Shown: positions 39,877-48,797 of the stretch, piece by piece
Numbering within the stretch: the first letter of the stretch is position 1
Layout of the letters: every line of letters begins with the position of its first letter
NCBI GenBank assembly: GCA_027858965.1
Contig: JAQIBS010000167.1
Location: forward strand, 31,416 to 95,415
Source: Kiritimatiellia bacterium
Lineage (GTDB): Bacteria > Verrucomicrobiota > Kiritimatiellia > RFP12 > UBA1067
Reading direction: 5' to 3'
DNA length: 64,000 nucleotides
Notes under the pieces: generated by a model
The model's database searches: none
What the model was told of the DNA's origin: nothing
The model's input: only the letters and a program-made list of their open reading frames with translations
Position numbers and translations under genes: made by a program

Positions 39877-39920
39877 AAAAAAATACGCTCTGAATTGATA
39901 GTCAATTCTGAGCGTATTTT
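39877..39920 (+). terminator. Probable bidirectional intrinsic terminator
   Basis: aaaaaatacgctctgaattga-tag-tcaattctgagcgtatttt between convergent genes. Confidence 0.7.
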
Positions 39921-39980
39921 ATTGGCACTTTGTTAGAGGGCGAGTGCTGTTGGTTATCCATATCGAGAATCTCGTAGTTG

Positions 39981-40046
39981 CTTCGCTGTTAATTTATCCA
40001 CAAAGAGCATAGAACACAAAGAAAGAGCAAGCTTTTATAGTGCTTC
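39981..40046. repeat. Right copy of direct repeat flanking the 37810 gene
   Basis: Matches 37490-37591 without the insertion. Confidence 0.8.
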
Positions 40047-40306
40047 CTCCTCCGCCAAGGCTTCGACGGGACAAGACGGCGGACATACTGAAAAATGTAA
40101 AATATTGTATTTCATACACTTAACTCAACCACTGATCGCACGTAATTAAATCCTGTTACGCGATACAGATATGATTCACTAGCATGTGACAGAACAGAAA
40201 TCACACACAACTTGATCACACGCTTTTTCATACACCGAAGAAATACTTCCACCCTCATTATCGCAAAAAACTAGAGCTTCGAATCAGCAGAAATTATCAA
40301 GTTCCA

Positions 40307-40534
40307 TCAAGAAGCCCAGGTCAGATCTAATTTCCGATGCTCTGTGACACAGTCCTGCAGATACAAATTAATCAGCGTTTGATACGGAACTCCTGATTCC
40401 TCAGACATGTTCTTGAAATAATCAATCACATCCGGTCTTACCCGTATGGTCAGTTGCTTCTTTAATGCCTTCGCATATGGATTCCTGCGGGATTGCATTG
40501 TTGACAAATCATACTCTTTTTTCATTATCATCAC
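40307..40534 (-). CDS. brnA: BrnA-family antitoxin
   Basis: KKEYD..RRNPY..KKQLTIR..VIDYFK..VPYQTLINLYL; overlaps toxin stop. Confidence 0.88.
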   Translation of the reverse strand: MMIMKKEYDLSTMQSRRNPYAKALKKQLTIRVRPDVIDYFKNMSEESGVPYQTLINLYLQDCVTEHRKLDLTWAS

Positions 40535-40815
40535 CTCTTATATTGCTTAGCTTCATTTTTTGTCGCTTTTCGAGCGGATATAATTCTTAAAACATCACCC
40601 GTTTCTCTCAGACAATGACAAACCAGTATTAACCTCAAAGCTGAACTCAACCCGAGTAATAAGAAACGGTCTTCCATTTCCGAATTATTTGTATCAAAAA
40701 ACTCTATAGCAAACTCATCATAGAAAGCTGAAGCTGCCTCTTCAAAAGAAACACCGTGCTTTCTAAGGTTAATCGTCGCCTTACGAGAGTCCCATTCAAA
40801 TCTGTATTTTTTCAT
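40531..40815 (-). CDS. brnT: BrnT-family ribonuclease toxin
   Basis: FEWD..K..NLRKHGVSFEEA..EDRF..RIISARKAT; probable start 40815. Confidence 0.92.
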   Translation of the reverse strand: MKKYRFEWDSRKATINLRKHGVSFEEAASAFYDEFAIEFFDTNNSEMEDRFLLLGLSSALRLILVCHCLRETGDVLRIISARKATKNEAKQYKR

Positions 40816-40820
40816 ATGCG

Positions 40821-40857
40821 TAACTACATTATAACTACAAAGTAATTGATTTTGCAA
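40821..40857 (-). promoter_or_regulatory. Sigma70-like promoter of brnTA with repeated operator-like boxes
   Basis: Minus strand TTGCAA-18 nt-TATAAT; TGTAGTTA repeated on both sides of the -10. Confidence 0.6.
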
Positions 40858-40864
40858 TCAAACT

Positions 40865-41974
40865 TTAATCTTTATTGTCCCATCCTTTAAAACCTTTATC
40901 CGGATAAGTGCGGCTGTTCATAGCATCACCGAGGCCATCCCACTTCGGATCAGGTTTTATGTAAGCAGGAGCTTTTGCATCGCCCCCCTTCTCAACCACA
41001 ATGCACTCTTTAAAAACAGCCGTTCCCTTGCTGCTATGATGTGTTGTTTTCTCGGCACCTGAGATCAGGCAAGCTGTCAAAGTAAGCGGAAAAGAAGCAC
41101 GGTCATCCGTCTCTACAGCCGCACCTGTAAGATTGCAGAACGTCGAATGATTAACATCCACTGGTCCACCATTATTCCAGATGCCGGTCTTTCCTCCAGT
41201 CGCTATGTAGTTATCCAGAGTACCTGTATTCCAGATACGGAAGTTGCGAGTGTTACGCAAAGCGACACAATCCTTAAGCTTCACATCCGGCACTTTGAGG
41301 TCAAAGCCACCATCCTGATTATTAATAGCCCGACAACGCAGAAAAGTGACATCGTAAGCATTACCTTCAACCACAAACCCATCACCGTTTTTATAATGCG
41401 TGGTCTGCAACGGCATCAGGTTGTTGACAGCAAGACAATCCTCAAAGCAAACATCCGTACAGCCATCTCCCTTATTGTTCAGAATATACCCAAATGGAAA
41501 GAGCTCGGTTTTAGTCTCCCACTCGGCATCGTCTCCGGTGCAATCGGCCACACATCGAAGGATCTGAACATTGCTGCAACCCGCATCAAGGCGGAAGCCA
41601 TGCTTGGTATAGTGCTTCAATATGCAATCCTCTATCTGTAAATTATGGCAGTCGGATAGATAAAATCCGTATCGGCAATTATTTATTGATATATTCTTTA
41701 AAGCCAGTTCTACCCTGAGGGCTTTACCCTTTGTAACACGGGCTTGAATTCCAAAGACATATCCATCCATACGCAAACCGGATATTTCAAGATGCGATAC
41801 GCCTGCATCGATACTTATGGCCGTTGCTCCTTTATCAGGAGTATCAACAGACCACGCCCCTTTTAAGAGGGGCAAACCCTCACCATCGTCAACGCCCATG
41901 ATGCACTTAGGCTTTCCTTTTAAGTCCCCCTTGGCTGATCTGCAGTGAAAACTCCTTATAAACACCGGAACCAA
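40865..41974 (-). pseudogene. Right-handed beta-helix protein, probably 5'-truncated
   Basis: NGDGF/NQDGGFDLK beta-helix coils; no signal peptide or credible start; ORF runs into a REP-like repeat at 41971-42036. Confidence 0.55.
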
Positions 41975-42085
41975 GCAACAGCCGGTCTTCGCCCTCTGGG
42001 CTACGCCCCGACACGGCAGGATGCTTGCACTACTTTAATTACTTAAAAAGATGTTCAACGGAACATAACAGGAGATGCACCATAA

Positions 42086-43267
42086 TTATCTCTGCATCCG
42101 TCGGTTAGCTTCCGAAACCGTTTTCAACATATAGGCCCGTTGATTGTTAAATGTCACATTCCAATCTTTATTCTGACCGGAGTGATCAAAAACCCAGAGA
42201 GCGGAAAGCGGAACTTCACTTGTTTCAATAGCTGAAATCAATTGAGAGAACTTCTTTTTTTCGCCCGGTTCTCCTAAAGCCAAAGAAGCACCAAACTCAC
42301 CAATAAAAAGTGGTTTCTTTGAGTCTCCGGCGATTTTATGCACGCCATCAATCAGCTCAGGCAACGATATAAACCCACCAGGATATTTATTGTTATCACG
42401 TGGATAGATGTGAACACAGAGCATAGAAAAGGGATCAGGATTATCACGCTGCAGCACCTCGGCAAACTGATCTCGTGAATCCAGAGTCCAGCTTTTCTCT
42501 TTTGAGTTATGCCACGCATGTGGACGGGGAATAGAATTACCGGTAATTAAAATACGGTGTTTATCATAGCGACGAACAACCCTGGCAAACTCAGCATAGG
42601 CGCTCAGCATCATTTCCGCTGAAATATCATCACGTTCTGAACGGGATAAAGCGGTTTTCAACTTTGGCCAGACCTTAGGACGATGCGATGCTGCATTCGG
42701 CAGATCCACATGCAGATTATACTCATTGCCGAACTCCCAAGCCCAGATGGCAGGCGAATTTTTATAACGCAGAACAAGCTCTGCGGTATACTGCCGAATA
42801 AATGCAATCGTTCTGCTATCCTGATTACCCAGCTGATCCATGGGTTCACCAACAATATCAGGCACTGTTGCCATATTCCAGAACAGGGAGGGAATTAAGC
42901 CAATCTTATTTTTTTCAGCACAGCGCACCACATCATCAAGCTGCTTGAAGTATTTCTCTTTGTCAGTCAGATAAAGCTCCCAGTCAGAGGGCCAGAATCC
43001 ACAGGCCATAAAACGGACAAAGGGAATACCGGCCTCTGAAAGGCTCTTTAATCCCTCCTGATAAGAGCTATCAGAGTTGTCCTTTAATGTCCTGTAGAAA
43101 AGACTGAAGTAATTCACTCCCATTCCGCGGTAGGGCTTGCCTTTGAGGCAGAGCTGTCCCGCTACCAGAGTCAATCCAGCGGATGATTCAGATTGTTCCT
43201 TTGCAGCATTGCTGTATGGACAGAGAGCGAGTAATCCAAGAACAAACACATAATTCAAAATTTTCAA
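42086..43267 (-). CDS. Secreted clan GH-A (GH5-like) glycoside hydrolase
   Basis: Signal peptide; GVNY, WEFGNEY acid/base, IGEFG nucleophile. Confidence 0.82.
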   Translation of the reverse strand: MKILNYVFVLGLLALCPYSNAAKEQSESSAGLTLVAGQLCLKGKPYRGMGVNYFSLFYRTLKDNSDSSYQEGLKSLSEAGIPFVRFMACGFWPSDWELYLTDKEKYFKQLDDVVRCAEKNKIGLIPSLFWNMATVPDIVGEPMDQLGNQDSRTIAFIRQYTAELVLRYKNSPAIWAWEFGNEYNLHVDLPNAASHRPKVWPKLKTALSRSERDDISAEMMLSAYAEFARVVRRYDKHRILITGNSIPRPHAWHNSKEKSWTLDSRDQFAEVLQRDNPDPFSMLCVHIYPRDNNKYPGGFISLPELIDGVHKIAGDSKKPLFIGEFGASLALGEPGEKKKFSQLISAIETSEVPLSALWVFDHSGQNKDWNVTFNNQRAYMLKTVSEANRRMQR

Positions 43268-43587
43268 GCAACATTCTCCTCTATTGAAAGCAGAGCGAGG
43301 TAATCGCGTCTCGCATACAAGACACGGATTATAGAGACAAGGTTTTCATCCGTTCTGTAAAACACAAGATAGTTTTTGATAATCAGGAAACGATAGTTTT
43401 GAAGAGAGGAAATCTCACTCTGTATCTGTGTGCCGGTCTGCGGGAAATTCTCCAGTATATTTATTTTTTCAAAAATTTGTGTGATCTGCGTTGCGGCAGC
43501 CTGAGGGTTTAACAGATGGTCAGCTATGTAGCTTCTGATCTCTTCCATATCTGTGAGTGATTGCGGTGTAAACCGTATGTCGAACAT
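43264..43587 (-). CDS. RelE/ParE-family toxin
   Basis: IRFTPQS..D..EI..YIA..L.NPQAA..LENFP..G..YR..NYLVFYR..IIRVLY..RD; probable start 43587. Confidence 0.88.
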   Translation of the reverse strand: MFDIRFTPQSLTDMEEIRSYIADHLLNPQAAATQITQIFEKINILENFPQTGTQIQSEISSLQNYRFLIIKNYLVFYRTDENLVSIIRVLYARRDYLALLSIEENVA

Positions 43588-43588
43588 T

Positions 43589-43837
43589 TTACACTCCGAG
43601 TCTTTTCTTGGCGGAATCCATGTCAACCCAACCGCTTTCTCTAACCGATGCTTCCCCTTTAGCCAATGCTGACATTAAATCCAACTCTGAACGCAGTTTT
43701 TCATAACCGTTTAAATCCACAATAGCGTAACGGCCGTGTCCGTTCTTGGTTAGAAAAACGGGTGTTTCCGGGGTAACTTCCCGCAGCACAGTGTTATAGT
43801 TTCTCAATTCAGAGACAGGTTTTATTATAGTCGGCAT
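43589..43837 (-). CDS. Phd/YefM-family antitoxin
   Basis: IKPVSELRNY..PVFLTKNG; directly upstream of the toxin. Confidence 0.9.
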   Translation of the reverse strand: MPTIIKPVSELRNYNTVLREVTPETPVFLTKNGHGRYAIVDLNGYEKLRSELDLMSALAKGEASVRESGWVDMDSAKKRLGV

Positions 43838-44016
43838 CGTCAATTTCTCCTTAATCAACTTAAATGTAGCAGAATCTTACGAAAGAAACAACAGCAGATA
43901 TCTTTCATGGCTTTTTCCCAGTCAACGAATTCATCTTTGCCTTCGCGAACATTCAACTCCCGTTGTTTTTAAGAACTCGCCATGACACTGAGGAAAACTG
44001 ATATCCGGTGCATAAT

Positions 44017-47000
44017 TTAAGGCTTTGTTGCAACAGGCTTCACAAATGGTTCATGGGTAATCCCGATGCAGAGCTCACTCGGCTCGCTTCTATGTCCATC
44101 CTTATCCACAGCCAACACACGATAGAAATATGTTGTATGTGGCTTCAACCCTTTATCTTCGTATGGAACAGTCGCATAGGGTCCTGGCTCAACTTTTGCA
44201 ACAAATGTTTTCTCATCCAATTCAAACTCAGGGGTTTCGGCTCTGAAAAGCTCATAATGCGACAGATCAGATTCCTGATTCTGCCCCCACTGAAGATAGA
44301 GCAGATCAGATTCAACACCACGCCAGGCACGAGGATCAGAGATAAGGCCCGTATAATGAGATCCCACTTTTGCCGGGGGCGAATCGCCTTTATCGAGAGT
44401 CAGCCCTTTAATTTCCGGTGAACACTCGCCCTGATGAGTTGCGGCATCCACAGCTGCAACTCGATAGTAATACGCTGAACCGGATATTAATCCTGAATCG
44501 GTCAAACACGGCTCGCATGTTGTTGTCAGCAGATGGTAGGCATCAGCAGTAAAACCGGCCCGATCGCCTCTGTACACATTGTATTGTACGACACTCTTAA
44601 CAGGCTCCCAACGCAATGCAACCGACTCATCAGTCGCCTCAAAAAGGGTTACATTGGGCACCGAAGTCAATCCACCCTGCTCCTCCATCCGAAGCGTTGC
44701 ATAGCCAAATGGCGAAAGAGAGACCACAGAGTCTTTCAACAGATTGCCATCATGCTCTGTCACAGAACATTTGGTCAGACGCAGGTCGCGCCCCCACCCC
44801 ACTTTAACCTTCACCTTATCAAGCTCTTGACCATCATTTTCATGAAAGCGGGCAATAATGCCGGCACCGGGTCTTTCACTCAATTTAAGGGCAAGCAGAT
44901 TTACGCCGGGCTGATCGGTTGAAAGGAAACTGTGGGACGTTGAAGGCAGAGAGCCTTTCTGAGCCTGAGGAATCACTGCTGTTAAGAGGGGCGTACATAC
45001 CCGCTCTGCCAACTGCTCCACCCCTGACTCGGCAAAACTGCAGGGATGGCTGACAATCACATAGCGGTAACGCAGATTGATATGAGATGGTCCTGTGACA
45101 TAGGCATGTGAGAAAAGCCAGTCATTGAAAATGTAGGAATACAGATGTGAGCTCTCAGGTTTATCCCCAGTTGTATTCTTCTGTTTATGAATACTGCCAC
45201 ACTCAATCAGCATGCTGTCCAGCTGCACCAGCGACACCCCGAACTCACCATTCCCCACATACGACCAGTCCCGTGCGGCATGATAGGTATCCGTGCCATG
45301 GTCTGTCTGATCTTTGAGGGCATCAGCATTGCAACCATTGAGACCTACCCGGAACTTGCCCTGAGGCACATTGAAAGGAAATGCATAATAGCCGAAAGAG
45401 TTGTAGCGTTTTCCATCCGCCAGATCCATTACATGCTTAAGGCGATTATCGATATCAATGCGCTTCTCATAAGATGGAAGCGTGACGCGCTGAACAATCT
45501 CGGCTCGCGTGGCAGGATCATTAAGCGTAACTGTCACCGTTGTTTCCAAAGCAGATCTCTCCACTTCAAACATGGCCTTAGAAGGTGTCGTAAACGTTGC
45601 ATTGCAATCAGCTGAATAGACCAGCTGGTTGCAGCGATAAGGGGCCTTTGCATCAATAAGCTCACGTTCCAGCTCCTTATCAAAGATAGATGTAACAGCT
45701 CCATCCGCATCGAACATTACACGGTAGAATTTATTCTCCAGCACCGGAGGTCCCTGTACGGATTGTTTGCTGACGCTCCCGCCATCACCTTCCAAAAGAT
45801 CAAAGCGGGTATAGCCCATGGATGGGATCTCCGATGTAGCGAATCTCAGTCTGCCATCAGAGACCACCCCTGAGATTGTACTCCCCTGCGGTGTACGGAT
45901 AAGGTAATGCTCAGCAGTTACGGCTGTCAGATCAACTTCAGCAATTCCTGATCGTGGTTGAAGAGTAGGGTTGAAAACCAGAACCGCCAGCCCATCGCTA
46001 CTTACCTGTGCCGCCAGAGATTTCAATGCACGGGAACACTCTGTTTCAGCTGTTTCATGTGAGCGGGCAATCCAATCTTTTTTCTGCATCCAGGTATCAA
46101 AGACCTTTCGCCCTTTGTAACTGCTGACTCCATAGCCATGTTCATCGTTACAGATCAGAGCATCCCAGGCCAGCCGGAGAGCCAATGTGGGATACACAAA
46201 TCCGGGGTTGGTCAAGCGTGCCACCGTCGCCAGTTTTTCCGCAACCGGAAGAAGGCGGTCAACCTCACGTTTTGCTGCCAATATCGAGGGGGTGGAGACC
46301 GGATGCTGCGCCCAGCCTGCGGTAATCATACCACTCAGAACCGGAATCTGATCACCGAAGCGGGCCTCCACTGCGTGAAACGGCACAGAGAGGTCACCAA
46401 CAGTCCGAACCTCCGGCCAGCGCCAGCGGGCATTCCATTTCTTTGCAAACGTGGGTATCGACAAATTGGGAGATTCATCGTCTTTATAAAACGGAAGAAG
46501 CCAGATGTCATAGGGATACTTTTTTTCCAGTTTGGCAAACTGCCTTGCCATTTTATTTTCAGCAATGCTCTGAACCGAGTCACTGAGGCCGAATTCATAC
46601 CCACCACTGGTATAGGTAGGAGCCGTCCAGACCAGCAGACGGCTCTTTTTATCGGCACCCTGCCAGTAAAAGAGATGAGGTAGTTCAGAATCCCAGCCCA
46701 CATCAATGCGGCTGCCACCTCCATCGCCTCCTGCTCCGAAATGATCACGTGTGGCATCCTTCCCCCAACCCAGAACCGCCTTTGTAATACCCGGGTTCCA
46801 TGCATTTGCAAAAAACCCGGCATATTTGATTCCGGCATCCGCATATGCCGTTACCAATGGCCAGGTCAACCCGTTATTATCGACCATCATCATGGTATCC
46901 ATAGGAAGGTTCCAACGATCCCTTGCCTGCTGAACACAATAGGTGCTGCGGCACAGCTCCTCTGTGCTATACACCTCTGTACGATTACCTGAATGAGAGG

Positions 47001-47625
47001 CGCCAATCCCAAAGACACCTGATTGGCAATATCGTTCTACGATCTGATCACTTTGATCTTCCGGACGATCCTGCACATAGTTCAGCCACCACCAGAGTCC
47101 TTCAATCACATAACGGAAACGGGATGGTTCCGGCCAGGATGAGGTTTTTTCAGCTAACTTGACGGCATTATCGATATGCCCGTTAGCCATGTAACGCTGT
47201 TTGAACTGAGAATCATGCAGACCGATATCCACATGCGATGATTTAATCACATAGAGCTGCCAGTGTCGCGGAGGATTCCAGGTTACGGTTTGTTCAGCCA
47301 TTATTTTATTGTCATTCAGAAGTTCCCAACGGGTTTGCATGGTTTTTTGAGGTTCAGGCAGAAGAACTTCAACCTGATTGGTCCCCGCGCGCAATTCCCC
47401 CAGCGCCTTCTCTGCCAGAAGTTTATCCCCCACCCAGACTTTCAGCAGGCTCTTATCCAGCGCATCCGTACCCAGAATATCCATATCAATATTCTGAAGC
47501 GCAGGAATATCGCGTGTGACCAATGCCGAAGGCTTGATCTCCCATTTTAAGATCTCCGCATGCACAACGCCGGAAAGCGTCAGTAAAAGAGCCAGTCCAT
47601 AGATTTTCAATTTCATAATCATCAT
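44017..47625 (-). CDS. Secreted GH38-like glycoside hydrolase with C-terminal fibronectin type III domains
   Basis: Signal peptide; SHVDIG, DEHG, VFNP, LENKFY; two YxYRVxAVD FN3 motifs. Confidence 0.75.
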   Translation of the reverse strand: MMIMKLKIYGLALLLTLSGVVHAEILKWEIKPSALVTRDIPALQNIDMDILGTDALDKSLLKVWVGDKLLAEKALGELRAGTNQVEVLLPEPQKTMQTRWELLNDNKIMAEQTVTWNPPRHWQLYVIKSSHVDIGLHDSQFKQRYMANGHIDNAVKLAEKTSSWPEPSRFRYVIEGLWWWLNYVQDRPEDQSDQIVERYCQSGVFGIGASHSGNRTEVYSTEELCRSTYCVQQARDRWNLPMDTMMMVDNNGLTWPLVTAYADAGIKYAGFFANAWNPGITKAVLGWGKDATRDHFGAGGDGGGSRIDVGWDSELPHLFYWQGADKKSRLLVWTAPTYTSGGYEFGLSDSVQSIAENKMARQFAKLEKKYPYDIWLLPFYKDDESPNLSIPTFAKKWNARWRWPEVRTVGDLSVPFHAVEARFGDQIPVLSGMITAGWAQHPVSTPSILAAKREVDRLLPVAEKLATVARLTNPGFVYPTLALRLAWDALICNDEHGYGVSSYKGRKVFDTWMQKKDWIARSHETAETECSRALKSLAAQVSSDGLAVLVFNPTLQPRSGIAEVDLTAVTAEHYLIRTPQGSTISGVVSDGRLRFATSEIPSMGYTRFDLLEGDGGSVSKQSVQGPPVLENKFYRVMFDADGAVTSIFDKELERELIDAKAPYRCNQLVYSADCNATFTTPSKAMFEVERSALETTVTVTLNDPATRAEIVQRVTLPSYEKRIDIDNRLKHVMDLADGKRYNSFGYYAFPFNVPQGKFRVGLNGCNADALKDQTDHGTDTYHAARDWSYVGNGEFGVSLVQLDSMLIECGSIHKQKNTTGDKPESSHLYSYIFNDWLFSHAYVTGPSHINLRYRYVIVSHPCSFAESGVEQLAERVCTPLLTAVIPQAQKGSLPSTSHSFLSTDQPGVNLLALKLSERPGAGIIARFHENDGQELDKVKVKVGWGRDLRLTKCSVTEHDGNLLKDSVVSLSPFGYATLRMEEQGGLTSVPNVTLFEATDESVALRWEPVKSVVQYNVYRGDRAGFTADAYHLLTTTCEPCLTDSGLISGSAYYYRVAAVDAATHQGECSPEIKGLTLDKGDSPPAKVGSHYTGLISDPRAWRGVESDLLYLQWGQNQESDLSHYELFRAETPEFELDEKTFVAKVEPGPYATVPYEDKGLKPHTTYFYRVLAVDKDGHRSEPSELCIGITHEPFVKPVATKP

Positions 47626-47716
47626 TTCTGCTTTTAAAGATTGTAGCTCCTAGTTTGCTTTGCTACCAACTACCAGCTAAACTCCTGCATCCTAACGGGA
47701 TGCTAGCAACTCTTTT

Positions 47717-48643
47717 TCATGGTCCTTGCCAATTTTTTTTCACATCAGGCAGACCTCTCAATTTACGCCAGACACCCGGTGCGGAACCCGTGCGACGCTT
47801 AAAAAACCTGGTGAAATAGAAAACCGAAGAAAATCCCGTTTCCGATGCAATCTGAGTGATCGTCATATCGGTCTGCTGTAACAAAGCCTTGGCGCGGTTA
47901 ACTCTGATTTCAAGCATATAGGCATGCGGCGCATAACCGGTCTCCTCCTTGAACGCTTTACGAAACGCCGAATATCCCATTCCAACCACCTCACAGATGC
48001 GTTGCATCTCAACCTCTTCAAAGGCATGCTCTGAGAGCCAGTTGCGGGCCAGAGCAATTTTCGACAGACTGGCCTGTTCCCGAAGTGGTGCTTTTTTTCT
48101 AACAAAGAGCACCAGCCGGGATATGAGAGTAATAATATCCGCGGCCAGCAGCGGTGCGGCATCAGAAGATGCCTCTTTATACCTTTTGACAATGCCCTGC
48201 ATGAGCCGATTGATCTGCGGAGTTGCAGCACCCCGCAGAACAGGAGAGTGCGGTAAAAAGAATGCATGCATCAGATGTTTGGCATAGTCTCCGTCAAATC
48301 CCACCCAACACTCATTCCAGCCGCAATCGTAGTCGGGCCTAAACCGGTGCCACTCCCCTGGGAATAAAACAAAAATATCACCCGTTTCCAACTCCAGGAG
48401 TCCGGCCGATGCGGTTTCAATCGAACCACGACCATGCGTCACAGCTAAAAACTGATACTCTGAGAAAATCCGTCCCCGCTCCCATGTAAACAGATAGGAG
48501 TCCGGGTGATGTTGAGGCGGATACTCCGTTTTAGGAGGAATGACCGTATACCCCACATCAATTGCACGCACCCCCCAAACCCGCGCATTCTTATCCGGGG
48601 GGTGATACAGTGCGAGGTATCGCTTCAATCCCAACTTTTTCAT
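47717..48643 (-). CDS. AraC-family transcriptional regulator
   Basis: Cupin LFPGEWHRF; C-terminal double HTH IASETGFSSVFYFTRFFK; probable start 48643. Confidence 0.92.
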   Translation of the reverse strand: MKKLGLKRYLALYHPPDKNARVWGVRAIDVGYTVIPPKTEYPPQHHPDSYLFTWERGRIFSEYQFLAVTHGRGSIETASAGLLELETGDIFVLFPGEWHRFRPDYDCGWNECWVGFDGDYAKHLMHAFFLPHSPVLRGAATPQINRLMQGIVKRYKEASSDAAPLLAADIITLISRLVLFVRKKAPLREQASLSKIALARNWLSEHAFEEVEMQRICEVVGMGYSAFRKAFKEETGYAPHAYMLEIRVNRAKALLQQTDMTITQIASETGFSSVFYFTRFFKRRTGSAPGVWRKLRGLPDVKKNWQGP

Positions 48644-48797
48644 GGATAAAAGTATAAATAGACCAACCACATAAGGCGACAATAAAAATCAAAAAGTGCA
48701 AAATAAATATCAAAGCGTGTATGGTGTTTTAATAGAAAACATGGTTAAATAAAGATAATTCAAACAGTGGCTATGAAACAAATGACAGGATGTTAAA

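Noticed and set aside
40111-40230. Short minus-strand ORF MKKRVIKLCVISVL resembling a signal peptide remnant
   Set aside because: Under 40 aa with no recognisable domain
40307-44016. Integron cassette array
   Set aside because: No recognisable attC sites or integrase; genes overlap or abut
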